DNA from: Eledone cirrhosa
Taxonomy: Eukaryota
Direction of reading: 5' to 3'
NCBI GenBank assembly: GCA_964016885.1
Contig: OZ024740.1
Coordinates: 192,820,001 to 192,884,000 of the forward strand
Length of the DNA: 64,000 nt
The notes under the pieces were generated by a model. The model was not told where the DNA came from, did not search any database, and worked only from the letters and a program-made list of their open reading frames with translations. The position numbers and the translations under genes were made by a program. This document shows, one piece after another, positions 1-11,617 of the stretch. How positions within the stretch are numbered: the first letter of the stretch is position 1; the number at the start of each line of letters is the position of its first letter.

Positions 1-59
1 ACAAGTTATAATCGTATGATATAGATGATAACTGGAGTTTCTTACGTCACGACTTACTT

Positions 60-1975
60 CAGGCTACTGAAGAAACTTGTGGCTAGGGCAGAGCTCCAGC
101 CAGACAGAGGGTGACCTGGTGGTGGAGTAGCACGTAAGATAAAACCATTAAAGACAAGACACTAGCATGGAAGGCTTGGAAAAATGGTAGGTGAGGAGAC
201 CGATACTCAGCTGCTAAAAGAAAGGCTAGACGTCAGGTATACTTAGCACGCAGGGAAGCTGAGAGTATGAAGATTGCCAATGTTCTATGACGAGAAGATA
301 AGAGACGTGCGCTGTTGCGCATTGTAAGGCATTGTGTCAGTGTAAATTGTTGGAAATGATGCTGGTGCACTTAGTGTCACTGATACTCAGAAAAGGATGC
401 CTGGAAATATCACTATGAGAGACTGATGAATGTTGAGAACGAATGAGAGGGAGCGAAACTTCCCCCAGGAAACCCAACAAAGGGACCAGCTATTGAGATT
501 GACGACTATAGGGTCAAAGAGGCAATTTAGGAAATGAAAAGTGGTAAGGCCGCTGAATCGTCAGGGATAATTGCTGTGATCCTGAAGGCATCAGGAGAAA
601 TAGGAACTAAACTGGTTGCACGCATCAGCAATCAAGCTATATATGGCGGGGTCATACCCAAAGACTGGTGCAGTAGTATTCTTATAAATTGCTACAAAGG
701 TAAAGGGGATGCTCTGGAGAGGAGCAGTTATAGGGGCATAAAACTGATGGATCAGGTTATGAAAGTGGCAGAAAGAATATTAGTGCAACTAATTAGAGAA
801 AGGGTCGAATTAGATGAGATGTAGTTTGATTTTGTGATTGGGATAGGTACAGCAGATGTCCTTTTCTTAGTAAGACAACTACAAGAGAGGTTCTTAGAGA
901 AGAATTGGCCACTATCCTTAGCTTTTGTTGACCTAGAGAAGGCCTTTGATAGAGTATCTGTCATCTGGTGGTCCCTAAGGAAACTAGGTGTAGAGGAATG
1001 TCTTGTGAGGACAGTGCAAGCTATGTACAGAGGCGCAGTCAGTAAAGTGAGAGTAGGAACGGAGTTTAGTGGGGAACTCCAGATACAAGTATGAGTACAT
1101 CAGGGTTTGGTTCGCAACCCACTCTTATTCATTATAGTTCTTCAAGCCAGAACAGAGGAGTTTAAGACTGGCTGCCCATGGCAACTTCTGTATGCTGACG
1201 ATCTGGTACTTATAGCAGAATCAGTAGAGGAGCTAGCGAATAAATTATGGCTATGGAAACATTAGTTGGAATCAGGGAACTGGCCATCTTTGATATGTAG
1301 AAAAGGAGTTGGCATAAATTCGATAGAATGCAGTAAGTGCAGATTTTGTGTACACAAGAGATGTAGTGGGATAACAAGCGAAATAACAGGTATGGAAAAC
1401 TACATATGCAGTAGATGTTCAGAAAAATGTGACAGTAGAAATCACAGTAATAGAAACATTTTTCAAATGTAGGTAGGATCTATAGAAGTGGTTGATAGCT
1501 TCCACCAACTAAGTGATCAGATTAGCAAGGGAGGAGGGTGTTCCAAAGCCATAGTATCTCGAATAAGGACGAGTTGGCAGAAGTTTAGGTAGCTGCTTCC
1601 TCTAGACAAAGAAGGGTTTCTCCCTATGAATGAAAGGCCGATTATATGATGTCTGTGTGAGATGCATGATGCTGCATGCAAGTGGGACATGGACAGCAAC
1701 TGCAGAGGATATGCAACAGCTGTAGAAAAATGAAGCAAGCATGCTCCATTGAATGCATAGACGAGTTGGGAGAGAAACTGTGTATACGCTGTAGTGTGCG
1801 GGAGAGAAGACTCTGTTGGTACGGACTTGTGATGCACATGGAGGATGACCGCTGGGTAAAGAAATGCCAAGAAATCCAAGTAGAAGGAAGACACAGTAGA
1901 GGAAGACCGTAAAAACCATGGATGGAGGTGGTGAGAGCTGGTGATAAAACGGACTCACCCACATATAGAATGATA
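60..1975 (+). mobile_element. Degenerate RTE-clade non-LTR retrotransposon (RT, PHD finger, C-terminal region)
   Basis: Broken frames give YKGKGDALERSSYRGIKL, AFVDLEKAFDRV, LLYADD, a Cys/His cluster CSKC..VHKRC..CSRC and RRLCWYG..GRP; many stops and frameshifts. Confidence 0.92.
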
Positions 1976-1996
1976 TCATTTAATTTTTATAATGTA

Positions 1997-3187
1997 CTAG
2001 AATTAAAGCCCGGCGTTGCTCGGGGTCAGTAAGTTACCAGAGTTAGATTGCACCACCCATTTTATGGCAGCACTTTTTTGTCTGCCAGGCACTGGGTGAA
2101 TGAATTGCAGACCTGGACTGCCGAAGCAGGAGCTGCGCCAGCAGTGACAATTATAGTTTCGCCTATGGATATTATCTCTGTGCAAAGAAGTGTTGAAATT
2201 TATTGTTTCACAGTACTTGTGCAACACGCGCGTAGACGATGCCATCCGAACAACAGAGCTGCGATGGAGTTGTTCTGCATGGTTGTCTAATGTGTGTTTT
2301 GTGAATTTAATACAGTAGGGACTGGTGTGATATGTGGGAGAGTTAGCTGCTGTTTCTAGCAAGTTAATGACCTCATAGAGGATATGTGTTTTCTAAATTT
2401 AAGACAGTAGGGAGTGGTGTGATATGGGGGAGAGTTAGCTGCTATTTCTAGCAGGTTTAGTGACCTCATAGAGGATATGTTTTCTAAATTTAAGACATTA
2501 AGGAGTAGTGTGATATGGGGGAGAGTTATCTGCTGTTTCTAGCAGGTTTAGTGACCTCATAGAGGATATGTTTTCTAAATTTAAGACAGTAGGGAGTGGT
2601 GTGATATGGGGGAGAGTTAGCTGCTGTTTCTAGCAGGTTTAGTGACCCCATAGTGTATATTATTGTGTATAGTAAATAAACTGATACTTCTTTCTTCCAC
2701 GTTCGTTGAGAGGTTTTAAAAAAGATTTGTCGCTATTTTTGTTGTTGTTGAATAAATTTATCTGTTGCTTTTGAATAATTGTTGTTTCGTATGAAATGTA
2801 ATAAGTTCTCTTTGTCATTGAAGTAAATAAATATTTGACCGTTCCACACTCAAAAACAAACGTTTCTCTCTCTTTCCCTCTCACTCTCTCTTCGACGTTC
2901 CTAAACGAAGTTTGTAAGCATGTATGTAGTTTTATCGAAATTTAAGGGGAGTAAACAGTGGTAATCAGATTCTATTAGAGGGGTAAAGCGTCATGTATTT
3001 AGTTTTAACGATTATTTCCATAATTGTGAGTGAGTTTGAATGAACTAAATAGTCGTTGACCTAAGTTAGACAATTTACAACCTTCTTCCAGACGTTGAGT
3101 CGAATCGGTTTGAAATTGTGCAAATGTATTAACATGGAACATGCAAACACACAACAACAACAACAATCTGCCATTTATAGATAATGA
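1997..3187 (-). mobile_element. Non-autonomous Helitron
   Basis: Minus strand begins A|TCATTATCTATAAATGGCAG followed by a GTT/GT microsatellite and ends with hairpin CCCGAGCAACGCCGGG then CTAG|T; inserted between A and T with no TSD. Confidence 0.75.
2303..2653. repeat. Tandem repeat, about 4 x 91 bp, inside the Helitron
   Basis: Unit AAATTTAAGACAGTAGGGAGTGGTGTGATATGGGGGAGAGTTAGCTGC...GGATATGTTTTCT restarts at ~2303, 2395, 2486 and 2577. Confidence 0.95.
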
Positions 3188-3429
3188 TAAATAACATTTC
3201 CAAAAAATATATATGTGAAAACAAAACAGTGCAACCAAATTATTGCAGAAAAAAATGTGAAATTTTTTTTTTATTAATTATAGTGTATATATACTGTACA
3301 TATTACTTGTAGCATACAGTAATACTAATCGTTAATACAGAATGTTACAATTGAATTTAAATAATTATGTATAATAATTATGTATAATACTTAGAGTAGA
3401 GTACTAGTATACACATCCAGAGATGTTCA

Positions 3430-3562
3430 ATAATTGTTTCTACTTTTGGCACAAGGCCAGCATTTAAATCAGAGCATTACTGGTACTTTATTTTATCGAC
3501 CCCGTAAGGATGAAAGGCAAAGTTAACAATGGGGGGATTTGAACTCAGAACATAAAGGGCCA
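3430..3562 (-). mobile_element. tRNA-derived SINE family A, partial copy
   Basis: Reverse complement of shared core TTTGCCTTTCATCCTTACGGGGTCGATAAAATAAAGTACCAG and tail CCTTGTGCCAAAAGTAGAAACAATTA. Confidence 0.85.
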
Positions 3563-3831
3563 TGTTCAATAATGACCCTTGGTATTTCACACTTTATATA
3601 TATATATATCTGGGAGTGTGTGTATGTGTGTACATGTACATGTGTATATATAGATTTATATATATGTTTGCATACATGTTTTCAACTAGTACAAACATTA
3701 TTTGGTGACTCATTCTCCCGAGGGACTTTAGACTGAAGAACTGACCACTTATTGATCTTACAAATGTCTTTAACCCATTGATATAAAAAATATTTGGCCA
3801 GCAGCTCATGTGTATGTGTAAGTATATATAC

Positions 3832-3902
<71 letters not shown>
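3832..3902. repeat. (TA)n microsatellite
   Basis: Pure TA run. Confidence 0.95.
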
Positions 3903-3906
<4 letters not shown>

Positions 3907-4234
3907 CACATGTATGTCGATGTATGCATGCATGAATGAATACAGTAAGCTATAAATTTAGACAACCAGTGATTCCAACTGTTAGCAGTATCATATATTT
4001 TTGGTTTGTATTAATTCCCTTGGGAATTGTTTGACCAAATGCTTCGCTTATTTGCTTTTTTTTTTTTAATTTCTTTTTCTTTCTCTAAGACCTTTTTTTG
4101 CAAGATATTTTTTGAAAGCAAAGCATTGGCCCCTAAAATATTAGAGTGAGACCCTGCAATGCTACCGTCTGGCCCCTGGGGCACATTTGCCATTGTGCAA
4201 CCTGGCAACCTGGCCAGTCCGCCACTGTATATAA

Positions 4235-4274
<40 letters not shown>

Positions 4275-4871
4275 ATTTATATGTGCATACTTATGCACGG
4301 GCCTAAATCTTATAACACTACTTACATGTTCTACTCATTATCTACCTTTAATAACCTCTGTCATTTCTGTTTAATAATGTTATTTACATTATTCTCAAAC
4401 ACCGGAGCTGGAAATCATTCGGTTATTCTATATATAATATTAGTCTAATGATTTTTTCTTTTAATAGCAGAAATATGTTTTTTGTCTTTGCAAGAAATTG
4501 TTCTTCTCGCTGCACATAACAACGTAGTTATCCTCACATTTCCATTACCAGTGAACGTATTCACAAACGAATGTTTCGTCTTCCTCTTTTCCATCGGTTG
4601 TAACATTTTCGAAATATTTAATTCTGTGTCCACAGATTGATCTTTTTCAGTTTCAGAAGATCCCGTTAAAGGTGAAAGCAGCGATTCTTTGCTTAAACTT
4701 TAATCTGTTCTCATAATAAATATTTACTCTTCAAATATTTCTTGTATTTGTTCTGCATGCTCTTTTATCTGAAAATGTGTGTCGAAACAGATATTGTTAA
4801 ATTTTGGGAGCGTCATACTACAAATGAACAACACATGCATATTGGTTTTCCCTTTAATTTACTATCCTAAT

Positions 4872-5072
4872 GGGCAGTGGATTGGCAGTATAGTTAGTGC
4901 ATCAGAGACACAGCTTTGCAGCATAGAATTATGGCCCTTCAAATACTGCCGAGTTTGCATTGTCATACTTGTAGGGACGATATTATAAAGCACCAGTAAT
5001 GCGCTGGAGGATATTTAATTGACGTTTCCCTCCCGCCAAATTGCTGGCTTTCTGCCTATAGTAGAAATCATT
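4872..5072 (+). mobile_element. SINE family A, diverged copy
   Basis: Head GGGCAGTGGATTGGCAGTAT, decayed core and tail GTAGAAATCATT. Confidence 0.65.
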
Positions 5073-5340
5073 ATTATAATTTCCCAATCAATTAGTTTAG
5101 TAACAGGATAACTGTTTAGTTGAATAACTGATTGTTGAAGCTCTTTCATCACATATTCTGTGACTTCCTCAGTGACAACTTTTGTTGTTACTCTGTGACT
5201 CTACTTTGTTCTCTCTTCCACCATGTTACAAGCTGGTATATGTCACAGAAGGAGATCAGCAAATGTTGATGAAAGAGCTTTGACAATCAACAACTAACCA
5301 AAAATCTGGTTATTAAACTAACCAACTGGGAAATCATAAT
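5073..5340. repeat. Fold-back element with a minimal hammerhead-like motif in each arm
   Basis: Imperfect ~105 bp inverted arms; HHR-like motifs at 5133-5177 (-) and 5241-5285 (+). Confidence 0.8.
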
Positions 5341-5853
5341 ACTTAATTAAACCCAACATGTGCTTGTGTTTTTCCTTGACAGCATTACTCTCCCGAAGTA
5401 TTAGAACTTTGACATATTTGAGGGAGATTATAAGAAATGTTATGTGTTCATTCAAGTTTGCCTTTGAAAAGCATATGGCTAAGAATTTATTTTCATTTTA
5501 TTTGATTTGCATTGAGATTTAAGAAAATGTCATATATTTACCTTGAAGTAGTAATTTAAAAAAAGGAATTGGGTGTGTAAGTTATACATTGAAGCTGTTG
5601 CAATTTATCCTATTTGTATTGAAGTGGTGATTAAAGGGAGATCTGCTGATGAATTTTGGTCAATCCCACCACTTGGCAAAATTTAGATTTGTTTCGAGGT
5701 AATACATTTTTTGGAGGGAATTTTTCATTTGTTAATTTGACCAATACTTAACTGTAAAGGCATGAGAGAAGTTAAATATATATATATATATGTTATTGTG
5801 CTCTTTCTTTCTAGTTTCTTTCTGTCTTTGTTTATTTCCTTTCTCTGCTTTAG

Positions 5854-5897
5854 CCACACGGATAGACACTTTCTTTGGAGACAATCACAATAAACAG
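5854..5897 (+). CDS. Candidate coding exon of an unidentified gene (xTRIDTFFGDNHNKQ)
   Basis: Long polypyrimidine tract ending TTTCTCTGCTTTAG, open frame, donor CAG|GTAGGT. Confidence 0.4.
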
Positions 5898-6170
5898 GTA
5901 GGTCCGGATTTTGTTAAATCACTTTTCAAAACTGTTTGCATAGTTGTTCTTATTTATACATGTAAGTTTGTGTGTATATTATTTATTCTTAATTATATCT
6001 TGCATTCATATGTGTATATTATATTAGATTTATTTGTAAGCAAATAATGACATTAAGGATTATGTCTTTTATGCCACTTTTTATGTGACGTTTTGGTTAT
6101 TTTTTTAATGGCTTGGGTGTTTTCTTGATTATTATTGTTTTTGTTTTGGGTTTTCTGTTGCATTGCACAG

Positions 6171-6191
6171 ATTAGACTTCATGATGCATAG
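6171..6191 (+). CDS. Candidate terminal coding exon (IRLHDA*)
   Basis: T-rich acceptor ending TTGCACAG; phase 0 is compatible with the 5854-5897 exon. Confidence 0.3.
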   Translation: MRLHDA

Positions 6192-6860
6192 CATCACATC
6201 ATCAAGATGGATAGTTTGAAGATTTAAAGTTAAAAGAAAATGGGAGGAGGTGGAGCACAGTTTATTACATAATGGGTCATAGTCACTGCAGATAGTAATA
6301 GCTTTGGCTTTAATATATAACAGTTACATAATATGACATCTGCAACATGGTAATACATGTTTTCCCTATTTGGTGTTTGTTGTGATTCGGTTATGTATGT
6401 TGAGTAGAAAGATCTGTGGTCCGCATTTGATTTGTCGAATTTGATGGTTGTGTACAGTTTGTTTTGACATGAATAACACCGTGTAACAGAAAAAAAAATG
6501 TTTCTCTGTTCCTGGCTTGTAATCACTTTTTTTGTGTTGCTTAGGTCCCAAATAAATTTAAAAAAGTGCTATTAAACAGTTAAAAGTTGGGGTTTGTAAA
6601 AATTCTAAGCTATTCACTAGAATTATTTGTATGCTGGATTTTACGTTGTATGTAAGTTTAATTTGCTTATGTTAAATGATTTTTTTTATATATGTTTCAG
6701 GTTAAATTAAAATTATAAAATAAAGAGTAATAACTAAAGAAAATTATAAAAGTTCAATAAAGTATAAAATTGTTAAAAAGTGGATTAAAGAGATTTATTG
6801 ATACTGGATTTTCGCACCCTGAATAAAGGGTAAGTTGTGTTTTAAGCATTTGTCTCCAGG

Positions 6861-7970
6861 ATGAAGAAGTGGAATACGGTCAAGGAGGAAGTGCAGGTGA
6901 TATATCAGAGAAGTCAACACGAACCTTTATCAGGCTTTTACACTCTTAGGGATGGCCTCTGCTTCTGCCATGACGTGCCAGGACTGTTTGACGTTATCGG
7001 GGTGCCGTTTGTGCCAGAGGAGTGGTGGCTATTTATAGACAGCTACACCACAAGTTTGAAGGCTGTCCTCCTCCACAATGGAAGCAAGTTCCCGACACTG
7101 TCCCTAGCTCATTTAGTCTGCCTGAAGGAAGATTACTACACTGTGAAAGTCCTCTTAGAAGCTCTGCAATACAACCAGTACAATTGGGAAATCATTGGAG
7201 ACTTCAAGATGGTGGCTTTTCTGCTTGGACTCCAAGGAGGCTTTATCAAATTCCAATGCTTGCTCTGCCTTTGGGACAGCAGAGCCACCTCTGACCACTA
7301 CAAAAGAAACAACTGGGAGCAGCGAACAGAATTTGTAGTTGGGACCCAGAACGACATGTGGGAGCCACTGGTTGGTCCCAGGATTGTGCTCATGCTGCCA
7401 CTGCACATTAAGTTGGGGTTGATGAAGCAGTGTCTGAAGGCTCTCAACCAAGAATCAGCCGCTTTTAAGTACCTTCTTCAGTTCTTCCCCAAGTTATCTG
7501 AGGCCAAAATCAAAGGTGGAATTTTTGTTGGCCCTCAGATAAAGAAGGTGTTTGAGTCTACTGAGTTCTCCAATAAGCTCAATAGGATTGAGAGAACAGC
7601 ATGGAACTATTTCAAGGCTTCCTGGAAGCCCTTAACAGCATGGAACTGTTAAGGGCTTCCTAGGCAACTACAGAGCTGAAAACTACCAGCAACTGGTGCA
7701 GGATCTGATAAAAGCTTTTGGCACCTTGGGATGCTGGATGTCACTTAAACTCCATATACTGGACGCTCATCTGGAAAAGTTCAAGCACAATATGGGCGCC
7801 TACTCAGAAGAACAAGGCGAACGATTCCACCAAGATGTGAAAGAGATAGAGCGTAGGTACCAGGGCCACTACAATAAAAAAAATGATGAGGGACTATATC
7901 TGGGGGCTAGTGCGGGAATGCGACCTGGACTACAACCGCAAATCCAGGAAATCCAGTCATTTCTGATGTG
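6861..7970 (+). pseudogene. Chapaev-type transposase, N-terminally deleted and frameshifted
   Basis: LFIDS..SLKAVLLHNG, WEIIGDFKMVAFLLGLQGG, CLLCLWDSR, LPLHIKLGLMKQ, MSLKLHILDAH, SEEQGERFHQD; family assignment from recalled motifs. Confidence 0.82.
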
Positions 7971-8179
7971 TAGAGGTTGCTTTATAAGTGTTATTGGTTT
8001 TTACTTGTTTGCTTTTGATAAGCTTGTGTAATAAAATACATATATATTGTGTTAATTTAATTATAAGTACTGATAAATTTTTTTTAAATGTGTTTTTTCT
8101 TGAAAATTATGAAAATTTCGAAATTTTAAACTCCTGACCACAAACCCAAACTTCTGATTAAATAATAGTCTTTTTTTAT

Positions 8180-8369
8180 AATAATTGTTTCTACTTTTGG
8201 CACAAGGCCAACAATTACCCAGTGTGTTACTGGTACTTTATTTTATCGACCCCATAAGGATGAAAGGCAAAGTTAACTTCGGCGGGATTTAAACTCTGAA
8301 TGGAGAGGGATATAACTCTTTGCGTCAAAGCATGGCGTTCGACCCTCTACCGATACTGCCAATCCACCA
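8180..8369 (-). mobile_element. SINE family A nested in the Chapaev element
   Basis: Near-full copy in reverse orientation with ATAATAAT at both ends. Confidence 0.88.
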
Positions 8370-8516
8370 TAATAATGGGATATAACAAACCATGAAATGA
8401 CACTTAGAACCGGGGAACAAAAAATATTTTGCACGGTGTAATCAGTAGAGGTTGGCACTCAGTTCAGCAGATTTTCAGAATATTTGTGAACTGATTGAAA
8501 CAATAACAGTCATATT

Positions 8517-8558
<42 letters not shown>

Positions 8559-8767
8559 AATAACTTTAAGTCGTTTGGAAGCCTCGACAATGCAAATGGG
8601 TAAATCTCCGGGTAAATAGGTCCGGTGGTGGAGAGAGAGATGTAAGTGGGTGTACGTTGAGATGCGTGGTGTGTATAAGATGTGTGAGATGTGTAGAATG
8701 AAGAGTATAAAGGATAGAATAAAAATAACAACACAAGAGACAGTTACCTTCGGAGAGATTTAATAGT

Positions 8768-8803
8768 CCCTATATATTTCGGATTCACATCCATCAACTG
8801 GGG
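8768..8803 (-). ncRNA. Degenerate minimal type-I hammerhead ribozyme in the PLE 3' region
   Basis: Minus strand CCC-CAGTTGA-T-GGAT gtga ATCC-GAA-A TATA T-A-GGG; stem I CCC/GGG, stem II GGAT/ATCC, palindromic stem III; core differs from CUGAUGA at two positions. Confidence 0.6.
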
Positions 8804-9204
8804 TTTTTTTCAGGGGTGGGGGAAAAGGTTGTCTGTCGGACAGGTCCGGAATGCGTCCTTCGCTGTTTGTTGTTTTGAATATCTGAGGTATTCGGCAGAG
8901 CGCGCATGCGCGTGAAATGAGGTCGTTCGTACAGAGGTCAGCGGCCGAATGAGGGAGTGGGAAGGCGCTAGCTGTCAGTCCATTCTCTGCCTGTTTGTTA
9001 AATGTTACTGTGTGTGCGTGTGTTGTTGTCTCGCTTGAGTGTGTGTGTGTGTGTGCGTGTGTTATTGCCTTGTTCCTCTGTATTGGCAGTGTAGTATGTT
9101 CGTATGGTGGAATGCTACTGTGTGTGTGTGTGCGTGTGTGTGTGTAGTTGTCTCGTTTGCGTGTGTGTGTGCGTGTGTTGTGTGTTGTTGCATCGCTTGT
9201 TAAC

Positions 9205-11601
9205 TTAAACGAGCCATCTCATTTCGCTTCTCTCTGATCGGTTGTTTATTTGCGGTTGCAATCGTTGATAAAAAGCGCTTCCCTGATACGTAACGTGCCG
9301 ACGTTTCTTTCAGTCGCTAGAATTGTGACAATGGGCCTTCCGTCTTTGTTTCCGCATTTGTCTATGTGTTTCCGGAAAGACGAGGCCCTGGTTTTAGTGT
9401 GTTCCTTGATCCGGATGTGCAAAGGTCGAATTGTGCTACCTATGTAGTATTGGTTGCACCTGTCACATTCTATCTTATACACAACGTATGTGCGTAGGCA
9501 ACAGTTCGCATGGCGTATCGGGCAGTCTCTGAGGGAGCATGCGTCAGTAGATTTTCGGGTTTCTTGGAGAGGTATCTTCTCAGGGAGGGGCCCGAGTGGG
9601 CCAGGTGGATGTCGAGGCCCTCCCTCCGTATAGCCTTGCGGATAGCGTTGGTGGTTTTCTCGCCCAGGTGTGGCATTTTAAGGAAGCACTTGCCTTGGGT
9701 GCTTCTCTGTCTCTTGCGTCTCGTGTCTCCTATTCTGTCTGTGATCGAGGTAGGGTACCCGTTCGTCTCCAGCACCTCGAGGAATCGCTTGGTGTGAGGG
9801 ACACCACTCGCGGGATCGCTGCATCTGTTTTTGATTCGCGCGATCTCCTTCGTGATGTATCCTCTTTTGGCACTGTTAGGCAGGGCGGACTTGTAGTGAA
9901 CGAATAGGTCCCTGCAGACTGCCTTTCGGTAGAAGTTGCAGTGAAACCTTCCCTGTTCCGTGATGTTGATTCGGAAGTCGAGGAGGGCAAGTGACCCGTC
10001 TTCGTTGGGGTATTCAACACTGAAGTCAATGTTCACGTCCGTGTTGTTGAACGTCTCATAGATTCTGTTCGCCGTGTCTTGGGAAGATGTGAGGATGAGG
10101 ATATCGTCCACGTACCTTGAGAAAAAGGCTACGGCGTTGGGGTGGCAGGCGTTGAGTGCCTTGCGTTCGAGGTTGTGCATGTAAGAGATCGCTAGCACAC
10201 CTGATAGGCTTGATCCCATGGGCAATCCCGAGGTTTGTTGGTATATTTGGTCAAGGAATCCGAAGTAGGTGTTGTCGACGACGATGGATAGGAGTTGGTG
10301 GATGTCAGTAGTGGTGAGCCCGAAGCAGTGTAGGTCGGTGGATTGGACGCGTTCCATTAGTATATTGATGGCCGGGAGTGCCGGGACCGAGGTGTAGAGA
10401 GCGACTACATCAAGGCTGAAGGCATATCTGTTATTCCTTCTGGTGTTGGGATCCATATGATGCAGGCGCTTCAACACCTCCTCGGAGCTGTTAACGTGTC
10501 CCGGCAAGGTGTCTAAGATGGGTTTGAGTATTCTGGCAAGGAGCCATGAAATTTTGTAGAGTGGTCCCTCCACGCTCGATACGATGGTCCTGATTTTCAG
10601 GTCGGGTCCCTGTTTGTGTGTTTTCACGAGGTGGTAGAAGGCGGGTAGTCTGCTGTTCCTCGTGAGGAGGTTGTATCTCAGCTTCTTCGGGAGCTTCCGC
10701 CGGTCGCAGATGTTGGTCCAGGCGCCGTTGATGTGCTCTTCTATCTGCGCGGGAGTGATTCCCGTGACCTTGGAGTAGATGTTGTCATCGTCAAGGTGTT
10801 GGAGGGCTAGGGTGTTGTAGGCCTCTCTGCTGATAACGCAGAATTATTTTCCCTTGTCGGAGGGGAGATAGATGAGGTTCCTCGATTTTAAGTTGGAGAG
10901 AGTGGTGAGTTGAGATTTGGTGAGGTTATGTGTTGTGCGTGTGTGTGTTTGTGAAGTATATCCGAGATGGAGTGTTTTAGCCTGATGAGTTTAGTGTCGA
11001 GTTCGTGGTTGGTGGGTGGGGGATGGAGTGGATTGTCGGGGTGGTAAGTGGGGAACTTGGGGTGGGTTGCGTCGACGCTGTTATTTGCTGTGGCGCTGTT
11101 GATGGCGGTCACCCATTTAAGTTGGTAAGCGGCTCGACAAAAGTTGGCCTCGATGTTAAGTTTGAGTCTGTCGTCGAGACGTTGTGTGACGATGAACTTA
11201 GGTCCGAGGTGTAGGAGTTTCAGCTCGTCGCTCGTGAGAGTGCCGGTTAGGTCGGTGACCAGGTGCGTCGCATCGTTGAGGTATGGCTCGGTGTTGGTGG
11301 TTGCGGCGGTGGCGGTTGTTAAGTTGTTGTTTTCCACGTGGTTCTGGTCCGTCTGTTCGTTGGTGTCGATGTTCTCGTTGTGGCGTTTCGATAAGATCCA
11401 CTCATATTTTCGCTTGAGCCGTTTTTTCTCGTATTGGACTCTGGAGTGGTAGCACTGGTCGATTGCTTTAGTGATTTTCAGGAGCAAGTCTCCGGGTGCT
11501 ATTGGCAGTCGATGTGTCCACTCTGTGAGTGTCCGCTTATGGACGTGTAATTGGCGGTTGAGATGTCTGAGGATCCGTTTAATACACGTGCGATGTATGC
11601 G
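9205..11601 (-). pseudogene. PLE RT/GIY-YIG ORF of the left arm, disrupted
   Basis: ORF pieces 10888-11694, 9470-10627 and 9246-9482 joined by frameshifts and one stop. Confidence 0.9.
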
Positions 11602-11617
11602 ATGTATGCGATGTAAC

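Larger units (their letters stand above)
6477..8438 (+). mobile_element. Chapaev3-like (CMC superfamily) DNA transposon, internally deleted
   Basis: Termini CACCGTG...CACGGTG with imperfect subterminal TGTTCC similarity; TAA on both flanks (6474-6476, 8439-8441) fits a 3-bp TWA TSD; transposase remnant inside. Confidence 0.8.
8556..11601 (-). mobile_element. Penelope-like element, left arm (5'-truncated; RT, C-terminal GIY-YIG and 3' region)
   Basis: DKG motif, YHLVKTHK, SLDVVALYTSVP, QTSGLPMGSSLS, RYVDD, then VVYKIECDRCNQYYIGST..RIKEH; 3' end abuts (TA)n. Confidence 0.93.

Noticed and set aside
2303-2653. CRISPR-like array
   Set aside because: Units are contiguous with no unique spacers, there are no cas genes, and the context is eukaryotic.
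4166-4228. GC-rich end reading CAGTGGCGGACTGGCC on the minus strand
   Set aside because: Looks like one MITE terminus but no partner TIR was found, so no element could be delimited.
4653-4685. CAGAAGA..GAAA hammerhead-like motif
   Set aside because: No stem I pairing and no repeat context; expected by chance.
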